A stretch of DNA of 64,000 nt, from contig JBHEOW010000001.1 of the NCBI GenBank assembly GCA_046260585.1, positions 45,242 to 109,241 on the forward strand, written 5' to 3'. The DNA comes from Desulfotignum sp. (GTDB lineage Bacteria; Desulfobacterota; Desulfobacteria; Desulfobacterales; Desulfobacteraceae). Position 1 is the stretch's first letter, and every line of letters begins with the position of its first letter. The notes below the pieces were generated by a model, which did not search any database, was not told the origin of the DNA, and saw only the letters and a program-made list of their open reading frames with translations. A program made the translations under genes and the position numbers. Positions 45,868 to 53,985 of the stretch are shown piece by piece.

Positions 45868-47946
45868 TTAATTGTCATCCTCCTGGCTGCAGAAGTATTC
45901 AATGGTTTTTTGGGCGCAGGTTCTGCAATACCCAAGTTTGTCATTCATGGTGATGGTCATGCGGTCATAGAGTTTCTGGTTTTCTTCATTGGTCCGGTTG
46001 GCCAGCGCCCCGATCAGTGATCCAGCACCGGCGATATCTGATTTCAGCCGTACATCGGTGATGGCCTTGACCAGTTCCAGGTTGTCCATAAAATCATAAT
46101 TGGGATCCACCGACAGTTTCTGGCCGTAGATCTTGCGAATGGAATTTCGAAAAGATGCCCGCTGCTCTTCCGTCTTCAACCCCAACCGTTCTTCCACATT
46201 CTTGATATAGCGTTCATCTATTTTCACGGCTTTTAATTCACCGGTCTGGGGGTCCTTGTATTTCCACATCATATCGGATCCCAAGTGTTCCGCATCCACA
46301 CCGATGATCATGTTCACATAATTGAGAACATCTTTTTTAATGGCAAGGGGTTCATCCATATAGGCATTGAACATCTCGGTCATGATGCGTTCCCGGTAAA
46401 GCCCTTTGGCAATTTTCAAATCTTCCATGTATTTGGCCCGGTCTGCCGGTTCATGGACATAATCCAGGACCGTCCGTTCCAGGGCTTTAAAAATATCCAA
46501 AGCAAACATGCACTTGCCTTCATTGGTTTCAGAAGATTCCAGCAAAAGCTGAACCGCCCTTCCCAGGTTCCGCTGGCCCAGGCCTTTCTGGCCGAACCGT
46601 TTGGTGATATCCGTGTCCTGGTTCAGGGTATCAATGAGTTCAGCCAGGGTTTTGAGGCTTTTTTCTCCGGCCACTTCCCCGGCTGCCAGCTTCATGGTCT
46701 CAACCGGTGTCAGTTTTTCAGACCTGGGCAGACGGGTTAACACAACGGCAACAGAAGCTGCATAATTGAGGTTGGGATCCTGGTGCAGTATTTCATGGGC
46801 CAAAGACCGTTTGGTGTCCTTGCCGATGGCATATTCAGTCAGGGTTTTCTGGATCTTGTAGTCTGTGTTATGGGCCACATAACAAATGCGGCACCGGTCA
46901 ACAATGGGAGCCTCTTCTCTTTCGGACAAAAAGGTGTCAAACTCTGAATTGTTGCTGGTAGCGATAATCAGGGTGTCTATGGGCCATTTGAATCCGTCCA
47001 GCTCTATCATTCTGTTCTGAATGACTCCGAGGTAGACCTGCACCAGATCTTTTTTGTTTTTATAAATTTCATCGGAAAAATGGATGCCCCCGCCTGCCAC
47101 CCGGGCCAGGGCACCCCGCCGCAGATCAAACCGGTAGGGATTGTTGGTATCGGTTATGTGCAGCAGCCGCTGGATGGATTCTTCCCCCATGAGATCCACG
47201 GCAGAGGAGGTGATCTTGTCCTTTGCCGGATATTTGCCGGTGATGGTTCCCAGGCTTTCGATGAGCGGTACCGGTGTTATTTCAATAAAAGAAAGCATCT
47301 TGTTGATATCATTGTCACAATATTCTCTTATCTGGTTCCAGATATAGGCGGAACAGGCCCCGAGGGGCCGGTATTTTGCATAAATATTTTCAATCTGCTG
47401 ATCGGTGAATTTATATTTTTTTGCAAGATACGCCATGGACTGGTCTTTGGATGCCTCAATGCTCATGGCCAGTATCATGGGGTCTTCATAGGTTTGGGAT
47501 TCAATGAAACGGATCTGTCCATATCCCCCCAGTTTGTCCAGGTTGATGAACCGAAAGGTATATTTTTTGTTTTCAGGAACAGACAAAAATTCCCTGTACC
47601 GGTCACACAGATATTCCACAAAAAAGGTTTTGCCGTTTCCCGGCTCCCCCACCAGCACAAATGCCATCTCCCTGGAAGAGCCTCCCTCTGACGCATCCTT
47701 GACAAAGGACACAAAGGAATTGATTTCATCATACATTCCCACCAGGTATTTTTTGCCCTGACTGAACAGGTCAAACTGGTAGGTGGATTTGCCTTTTACA
47801 GTAATTTTTCGGATACCTGCATCCAGGATCATGCGCGAAACCCCCTGGAAGGCATCTTCAAACCTTTTTTTTCCTTTTTTTACCGCATCCACATGTTCCA
47901 GTAACGCATTCTCTTGTACAGGATTCGCTTTTTTTTTCACGGCCAT
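45868..47946 (-). CDS. prkA: PrkA family serine protein kinase (YeaG-like)
   Basis: PrkA AAA region (VGEPGNGKTFFVEYL) and PrkA C-terminal domain. The start is placed at MAVKKK.. (ATG 47946, GGAGG RBS). The ORF-track extension to 48114 runs into the predicted promoter. Confidence 0.92.
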   Translation of the reverse strand: MAVKKKANPVQENALLEHVDAVKKGKKRFEDAFQGVSRMILDAGIRKITVKGKSTYQFDLFSQGKKYLVGMYDEINSFVSFVKDASEGGSSREMAFVLVGEPGNGKTFFVEYLCDRYREFLSVPENKKYTFRFINLDKLGGYGQIRFIESQTYEDPMILAMSIEASKDQSMAYLAKKYKFTDQQIENIYAKYRPLGACSAYIWNQIREYCDNDINKMLSFIEITPVPLIESLGTITGKYPAKDKITSSAVDLMGEESIQRLLHITDTNNPYRFDLRRGALARVAGGGIHFSDEIYKNKKDLVQVYLGVIQNRMIELDGFKWPIDTLIIATSNNSEFDTFLSEREEAPIVDRCRICYVAHNTDYKIQKTLTEYAIGKDTKRSLAHEILHQDPNLNYAASVAVVLTRLPRSEKLTPVETMKLAAGEVAGEKSLKTLAELIDTLNQDTDITKRFGQKGLGQRNLGRAVQLLLESSETNEGKCMFALDIFKALERTVLDYVHEPADRAKYMEDLKIAKGLYRERIMTEMFNAYMDEPLAIKKDVLNYVNMIIGVDAEHLGSDMMWKYKDPQTGELKAVKIDERYIKNVEERLGLKTEEQRASFRNSIRKIYGQKLSVDPNYDFMDNLELVKAITDVRLKSDIAGAGSLIGALANRTNEENQKLYDRMTITMNDKLGYCRTCAQKTIEYFCSQEDDN

Positions 47947-48104
47947 GTTATCCTCCCCTGGGCGGCGCAAAGGCAGATATCTGCTTTGCATTGTATTGGA
48001 CCTGGTCTTGAGCCGAAAATAAATCGCATACAGCCCCGTCAGCCATTGATTCCGGGTATGATCTTGTTTTTGAACATTTTTTGGTAAGTGGTAAGAATAT
48101 TTAA

Positions 48105-48133
48105 AATATAGCAACCGGAATTTTGCCTGTCAA
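48105..48133 (-). promoter_or_regulatory. near-consensus sigma-70 promoter of the prkA cluster
   Basis: On the minus strand: TTGACA (48133-48128), a 17-nt spacer and TATATT (48110-48105). This implies a leader of about 150 nt before ATG 47946. Confidence 0.5.
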
Positions 48134-48353
48134 ACTTTTTCATTCATTTCCCTCTCGCTTGTGGATTTTTCTTTTTCAGGGTAAAAAAACATGGTAAATT
48201 ACTGCATTTATCTTTAAGATTGAAAATATTAGGCAAGTGCTGGCAAAAGGCGAAATTCATGCCCGAGTCTGTTTATCCGGTTTATGTGAACAAGACATGC
48301 CCCCGTAATCAGCGGTTTGTAAAGGAGAAATACTGACGTTGGATAATGCAAAC

Positions 48354-48389
48354 GACCAAAAGGATATGACCAAAAGGATATGACCAAAA
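48354..48389. repeat. 14-nt head-to-tail duplication (2.6 copies) spanning the start codon of the acidic repeat protein
   Basis: GACCAAAAGGATAT occurs twice (48354-67 and 48368-81), followed by GACCAAAA. It creates two ATGs 14 nt apart, at 48366 and 48380. Confidence 0.85.
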
Positions 48390-49564
48390 AACATTTGTTG
48401 TCGGTGCATGATATCTCCCGGGAACTTGCGGCAGGAACAGCCCTTACCAATTTTATATTGAAACGGTTCCACCACAGATTCCCTGTTGAAATGGTGGAGA
48501 ACCGTCCCTGGTACCCCGAAAAGGCTGTTTCTCTGATGCGTGACATCAAGCAGTCTCTTGAGTCCGGCATGCTGCCCTCACAAATAGAGGAAACCCTTGA
48601 CACAGAACCGGATCTGGAAAAGACCAGACAAAAAAATGATGCCAAAGGGCTTGCAGACCAGTTTTTTGAACAGTCCCATGAAGATATACGGATCAGCAAA
48701 GACGGATTACATCTTATAACCTCTTTTTTCAATGATATGGGAGAACACCAGAAAAAAATTACCGCTGCCCATGAAAAAAGGGCGTCAGCAGAAGAGAGAA
48801 AAGCCGCTGCCATTGAAAAAAGAGCGGAGGCGGAAGAAAAAAAAGCGGCTGCCATGAACAATATTGCAGCAGCGCTCCAGCAGATGATCAGACAGGGAAG
48901 TCAAACTTCCGCTGTTCAGGCTGTGACGCATGAAGCTGTCAAAACCATCCAGATGGATGAGGATTTGACCGACCTTCTGGACACTCCCCCGCTCCAATCC
49001 GAACAGATGGATGATCTGGGGGACCTGATTGATGCGGCATCCTGTGAACAAAACAATGAAACCGACCTGGATGACCTGTCCCTGCTGGTAGACACCGCCC
49101 AAAAAACAGAGGCTGCAAAAGACCTGGATGATCTGAATGAGTTGTTCAAAGATGATCCTGGGGCAAACATTTCTGCAGATCTGGATGATTTATCCCTGCT
49201 GGTACAACCATCTTTGACAGATGACCTGGATGATCTGTCCCGATTGATCAGCGACCGGAATGGGGCGGATACCGACACCAAAGAGATTGCCCCGCCAGAA
49301 GAGGATATTCCCCTTGATGACTTAACGACACTGGTGGATACGTCACCTTCTCTTAAGCCGGATGTTTCCCGTGATCAGGACCTTGAAAAATACAAGGCTG
49401 CCGTCATGAAGATCATAATGGGTTTAAAATCCCAAGGAGTCAGTGCAAGCCAAGCTGCCCGGCGACTGAACCAGGATAACGTGGAAACAATTTCAAAAAA
49501 ACCCGAATGGACGGACAAAGCGATTTCACAGATCTATGCATTCATTGATGCGGCAGCCGGCTGA
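48380..49564 (+). CDS. acidic repeat protein with seven DLDDLxxL(V/I) motifs, central Ala/Glu/Lys coiled segment and HTH-like C-terminus
   Basis: 394-aa ORF. Repeats are DLTDLLDT, MDDLGDLIDA, DLDDLSLLVDT, DLDDLNELFKD, DLDDLSLLVQP, DLDDLSRLISD and PLDDLTTLVDT. The C-terminal GVSASQAARRLNQDNVETISKK looks like a helix-turn-helix. No family recognised. Confidence 0.65.
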   Translation: MTKKHLLSVHDISRELAAGTALTNFILKRFHHRFPVEMVENRPWYPEKAVSLMRDIKQSLESGMLPSQIEETLDTEPDLEKTRQKNDAKGLADQFFEQSHEDIRISKDGLHLITSFFNDMGEHQKKITAAHEKRASAEERKAAAIEKRAEAEEKKAAAMNNIAAALQQMIRQGSQTSAVQAVTHEAVKTIQMDEDLTDLLDTPPLQSEQMDDLGDLIDAASCEQNNETDLDDLSLLVDTAQKTEAAKDLDDLNELFKDDPGANISADLDDLSLLVQPSLTDDLDDLSRLISDRNGADTDTKEIAPPEEDIPLDDLTTLVDTSPSLKPDVSRDQDLEKYKAAVMKIIMGLKSQGVSASQAARRLNQDNVETISKKPEWTDKAISQIYAFIDAAAG

Positions 49565-49572
49565 AGCTGTTG

Positions 49573-50511
49573 TTACCTGGCCCCTGCTTTTTTTGCAAAC
49601 CGGGTATCCACGAATTTTTCCAGATCAATGAGGCTGGTCATAATCTTCATTTTGTCCATCATATATTTCTGAATAGTGTCCAAATCCTCTATTACCGGCA
49701 ACAGTTCACCGGTGAGGATCCGGTCCGGTGGCCGGGTCAATACCCGGTGAATCACATCCTTGTCCTGGGACAGAAAATCACTGCCGATGATTGCGGCGGG
49801 ATCCGGCTGTGCATCAATGGCAAGACCGGACCGAACAAAACTGGTACAGATTTCCTGGATGGCTTCCGGGTGCTTTTCCATGATCTCTGTGCGCATGACA
49901 AACACACAGCAGGGGTGTTTGGGCCACAGATCCTTGGACAGGTAAAATTCTTCCCCGCCTCCCTGGGCAATGACCTGGGAACCAAAGGGTTCAGCCACAA
50001 TAAAGCCGCCGATTTCCCCGTCTTCATCCAGTTGGATGGCTTCCGGCATCTGAAAGGGTGCCACAACCTCCAGAATGACGTCCACATTGGGTTCATTGGC
50101 TCGCCCCGGCGTCAGTCCTTTTTCCGATAACAATTTGTGAAACAGCATATTGTGAATAGACAACTGATAGGGAATCAGCACGGTTTTTCCTGCAAAATCC
50201 TCGATTTTTTCAATATGGGCATTTTTGCTTTTCACCAGAACACTGCCGGATTTATGGGTCAGCAGCAGCAGTTTCAAATCCACCCCGGACTTGAACAAAT
50301 CCATGGCTGTAGGGGCCAGGATCAGGGCACCATCCAGTGATTTGGTGGCAATGGCATCTGCAACCTCGTTCCATCCGTTCTTGACAACAGTCTCAAGAGA
50401 GCAGTGTTCAAAGGTTTCCATACCTTTTTCAAGTTTGCGCTTGGTCACACCCAGGATAAGGTGGTCGGTAATCTTCAGATAACCAATTTTTATTGCCGGT
50501 TTTTCCGCCAT
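49573..50511 (-). CDS. NrtA/NMT1-like (nitrate/sulfonate/bicarbonate type) solute-binding domain protein without signal peptide
   Basis: IKIGYLKITDHLILGV and WPKHPCCVFV resemble NrtA/SsuA-type binding proteins. ATG 50511 has GGAGG 8 nt upstream. I see no hydrophobic leader or lipobox, and no permease or ATPase genes nearby. Confidence 0.75.
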   Translation of the reverse strand: MAEKPAIKIGYLKITDHLILGVTKRKLEKGMETFEHCSLETVVKNGWNEVADAIATKSLDGALILAPTAMDLFKSGVDLKLLLLTHKSGSVLVKSKNAHIEKIEDFAGKTVLIPYQLSIHNMLFHKLLSEKGLTPGRANEPNVDVILEVVAPFQMPEAIQLDEDGEIGGFIVAEPFGSQVIAQGGGEEFYLSKDLWPKHPCCVFVMRTEIMEKHPEAIQEICTSFVRSGLAIDAQPDPAAIIGSDFLSQDKDVIHRVLTRPPDRILTGELLPVIEDLDTIQKYMMDKMKIMTSLIDLEKFVDTRFAKKAGAR

Positions 50512-50774
50512 CAAGGTACCTCCAAATATAATCATGGATTAAGACAAACTTATCTATTATGCGTAACTGTGTTTCAAAGTCAATAATAAACTGTCTGACC
50601 CGGATATTTGATCGTGTATTATACTTCCGGTCATATGACATGATACCAATCATTTTGCTCAACCAGAATAATTTCAATTGATTATTTTCTCTAACATGGA
50701 TCGATCCAATTGACCGGTACTACAGGAAAATCGTGGCAGGAGCCCCAGAAGGTGTGCTGTGACCGAACCGTCCG

Positions 50775-51485
50775 CTATGCCTTTTCCATGAAATGGCGGG
50801 CCAGAATCAGATCATCCGGTGTTGTCAATTTTATGTTTGCATTGTCTCCAGGGGTGGTGTAAACGGCAAAACCGGCATGTTCCATCACCGATGCATCATC
50901 TGTTCCCGCAAATCCTGTACTCTTTGCATATTCAAATGCGCGTAGAATCACATCAAGGCAAAATACCTGGGGGGTCTGGGCTCTGTATATCAGATCCCGG
51001 TCCAGGGTTTTGTGAATCTGTGTGTTCGATTTGATCTGCTTGAGGGTATCGTTCACGGCCAGGACCGGTATGCATCCCCCTTTTTGGACGGCAGTATCCG
51101 TAAGGCGTTCGATCAAATCCGGCGTTACAAACGGTCGAACCCCGTCATGGATGAGCACCAGACAACCGGCCGGATCATGGGTAAGCTCACAGGCCTTGTT
51201 GAGGCCGTTTACAACCGATTCCTGGCGGGTATCTCCCCCTGCAATCAGATGAATCGTTTGTGTAAATGCATAGGGATGGATAATATTTTTTCGGCAATAG
51301 GACTGGTCGTCTTTGGGGATTACCAGGATAATGTCCTCTATGGGGCCATGGCGGTCAAACACCATCAATGTCCTGGTCAAGACCGGAATGTTGTCCAGAA
51401 CCAGATATTGTTTTTTTATGGCAGTTCCCATGCGGCAGCCTTTTCCCGCTGCCACAATAATGGGTATGCACACAGGGTGTTCCAT
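50775..51485 (-). CDS. ispD: 2-C-methyl-D-erythritol 4-phosphate cytidylyltransferase
   Basis: IIVAAGKGCRMG nucleotide-binding motif and HDGVRPF. 236 aa. The ATG lies 3 nt after the upstream stop. Confidence 0.9.
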   Translation of the reverse strand: MEHPVCIPIIVAAGKGCRMGTAIKKQYLVLDNIPVLTRTLMVFDRHGPIEDIILVIPKDDQSYCRKNIIHPYAFTQTIHLIAGGDTRQESVVNGLNKACELTHDPAGCLVLIHDGVRPFVTPDLIERLTDTAVQKGGCIPVLAVNDTLKQIKSNTQIHKTLDRDLIYRAQTPQVFCLDVILRAFEYAKSTGFAGTDDASVMEHAGFAVYTTPGDNANIKLTTPDDLILARHFMEKA

Positions 51486-51488
51486 GGG

Positions 51489-52799
51489 TCAGCTCAGGTA
51501 GGACAATTGCTTTGGCAAAGGCGTTCCTTTGCCCATGTGGTCTTCACCGTAGTTGACACCGGCCAGGATGACAAGATCGTTCAATGCCCTGGAATCTCCT
51601 GTGAATATAACGGTCTCAAAATTTTCTTTTTTAATTTTACCGCCTGCCCACTGGATATCCAGAACCGATGATGCATCAAACTGGTCTTTGCCCACCTGCA
51701 GAACCACCTCTCCGCCGTAGTGCTGGACGATTTTTGCCACCAGAAGACTGGGCCGGCTGTGAAATCCCCTGTCCATGGGAATGGATACCTCAACGGAGGC
51801 GGTTTCCATATTTTTATTCAAAATATTGGATGCCACCTGTTTTCCGGATGACAAAAACTTCCAGGCATAAAACAAACAGAAATTCACCGCCCGGTCCAGC
51901 AGGACATCCGGGTCGATCAATTCCGCCAGGGACTGCCTGACGCGCATATATACATCCTTGAATCCCACATCATACAGATGGCGTTCATAAAAATGGAGCA
52001 GCCGGCCCATGACCTGGAGAATATGGAAAACAATGGAAAAATGGCTACGAAGCTGATCCAGGAGGATATTTTCATCTGCAGACTGGGTTTTCACCACATA
52101 AGAATCAAAGGAGGACTGGATGTTATGCACCTTCATCTCAAAGCTTCGGATAATAACCTCATTGATTTTTTCCGGTACCAGGTTGTGGATATCCTTGAGA
52201 TCATACCGTTCATAAAAAGACAACGATTCAAAGGCCTTCACCACATCTAAAAATTCACTGGAGATCCGTGTCAGGCTTTTTTTCTGGTTGTCCCTGGCTG
52301 TGAAATCATCAATATTGTGGTCCAGCTGCTGGGTGGAGGAAATACCGGGAAAATAACTCAGATTATATCCGGAATGGGGAATGGTGATGTGAAGCCGCCT
52401 CGCCTCGGCCAGAATAACCGGTGCAGCCAGTTTCAAAGAATCCTGTAAAATTCGTAAGGTATCAGTGGCTTCCTGTTTGAAAAGATCGTGCCCGGCATAT
52501 TCAAGCCGGTAAAAGGTGAGCCGGTTCATAATATGACGTTGAGAGTAGCAGGCCAGGGACAGATGCCGGACCAGGGCCCCCAGTTCCCGGTAAAAAAGCC
52601 ATTCTGAATTTTTCTTTGCCCCGTGAAAATCCAAAAAATCTTCCAAAATATGGGAATTGATGATCAGTTTTGAATACAGCTTTTTGGTGAAAAGATAGGT
52701 ATCATCTTCAATGGTGAGGATAAACTGTATGCATTTTAGAAATTCAAAGGAAAAAATATTGGCTTTTTCTTTGAAGGAAATATCACAGGTGTCATTCAT
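51489..52799 (-). CDS. fusion protein: about 340-aa helical domain of unknown function plus a C-terminal HPr-family phosphocarrier domain
   Basis: The C-terminal 90 aa align with HPr: the active-site context DRGFHSRPS matches GLHTRPA, and GKDQFDASSVLDI matches the Ser46 region. I recognise nothing in the N-terminal part. Confidence 0.75.
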   Translation of the reverse strand: MNDTCDISFKEKANIFSFEFLKCIQFILTIEDDTYLFTKKLYSKLIINSHILEDFLDFHGAKKNSEWLFYRELGALVRHLSLACYSQRHIMNRLTFYRLEYAGHDLFKQEATDTLRILQDSLKLAAPVILAEARRLHITIPHSGYNLSYFPGISSTQQLDHNIDDFTARDNQKKSLTRISSEFLDVVKAFESLSFYERYDLKDIHNLVPEKINEVIIRSFEMKVHNIQSSFDSYVVKTQSADENILLDQLRSHFSIVFHILQVMGRLLHFYERHLYDVGFKDVYMRVRQSLAELIDPDVLLDRAVNFCLFYAWKFLSSGKQVASNILNKNMETASVEVSIPMDRGFHSRPSLLVAKIVQHYGGEVVLQVGKDQFDASSVLDIQWAGGKIKKENFETVIFTGDSRALNDLVILAGVNYGEDHMGKGTPLPKQLSYLS

Positions 52800-52832
52800 T
52801 TGGAATTTTCCCGCACATTGGATAATTTCGGT

Positions 52833-53221
<389 letters not shown>

Positions 53222-53238
53222 ACCGAAAATCTTACCTG

Positions 53239-53976
53239 TTAATCACCTGCCATTGGATCATCATCTACATGGTACAGGATGCGGCTGCACTGGGGGCATG
53301 AAATCAATTGATTCGCCCGTTGTATCTCAATGCACAACTGGGGCGGAACATTCATGAAACAGCCCATGCAGGATTCATTTCTCACCTGGGCGACAGCCTG
53401 TCCCTGGTTCATTTTGGCTATTTTTCTGAACCGGTTCATTAAAGATGGATCCAGGGTTTGTCCGATCTTTTTCTGCTGTTCCACAGATTCCACGAGCAGT
53501 TCCCTGTCATCCACTGTTTTTTTGTCAATTTCCGCCTGCTCGGCCCTGATCTTTTCCCGGAGCTGCAAAAACTGCTGTTCGCTCTCTGCAGCCGTTGCTT
53601 CCGCAGCTTCCCGCTGGTCATAAAATGCCAGCAACTGATTTTCCAGAACATCTTTGCGCTTTTTGTTGTCATCCACTTCCCGTAGCAAAACCTGATATTC
53701 CTTGTTGGTCTTTACCATTCTCAGGGTTTCATTGCTTTTGATAATCCTGGCATCCACTGTTTGAATTTCCTGTTCCGTATCCTCACATTGCTGGACAATT
53801 TCTTTTAACTCCTGCTGGTGGGTGCGTAAAGCGGTTTCAAAAGTTTCAAGCCTGGCCGCAAGGGTGATTTTTTCTTTTTCAACTTTCTGGATAACCGATT
53901 GAAGTCTGCGGATTTCAGCTTCAATCTCCTGGAGCCTGACAAGCGTTTCAATGTCGTTTTGTAAACCTTGGTTCAT
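53239..53976 (-). CDS. coiled-coil protein with C-terminal C4 zinc ribbon (COG1579 / HP0958-like)
   Basis: About 200 aa of heptad-rich helix followed by CMGC..(18 aa)..CPQC. It sits immediately downstream of a Nif3-like gene, which is the usual arrangement for this family. Confidence 0.8.
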   Translation of the reverse strand: MNQGLQNDIETLVRLQEIEAEIRRLQSVIQKVEKEKITLAARLETFETALRTHQQELKEIVQQCEDTEQEIQTVDARIIKSNETLRMVKTNKEYQVLLREVDDNKKRKDVLENQLLAFYDQREAAEATAAESEQQFLQLREKIRAEQAEIDKKTVDDRELLVESVEQQKKIGQTLDPSLMNRFRKIAKMNQGQAVAQVRNESCMGCFMNVPPQLCIEIQRANQLISCPQCSRILYHVDDDPMAGD

Positions 53977-53985
53977 AAGCTGTCC

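Noticed and set aside
47947-48114. N-terminal 56-aa extension of the PrkA ORF given in the track, and a sigma-54 promoter upstream of prkA
   Set aside because: The extension (MLYFKYSYHLPKNVQ..) has no RBS and would include the predicted TTGACA-17-TATATT promoter. ATG 47946 has a GGAGG RBS and gives a normal PrkA N-terminus. The sigma-54-like candidates here (GGTCCAATACAATGCA, and AGGCAAGTGCTGGCA on the plus strand) have GG-to-GC spacings off by one, so I rejected them.
48229-48861. 210-aa minus-strand ORF overlapping the start of the acidic repeat protein gene
   Set aside because: Its sequence (MFMAAAFFSSASALFSMAAAFL..) is the antisense image of the Ala/Glu/Lys repeat of the plus-strand ORF. 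It also runs into the intergenic promoter region. The plus-strand ORF is longer and has structured features.
50512-50774. A riboswitch (for example TPP) in the 260-nt leader of the NMT1/NrtA-like gene
   Set aside because: I could not find the conserved TPP riboswitch cores (CUGAGA, ACCUGAUCUGGAUAAUGCCAGCG-like) or any other riboswitch core I know on the minus strand. There is only an imperfect inverted repeat (TGACCGGA..TCCGGGTCA).
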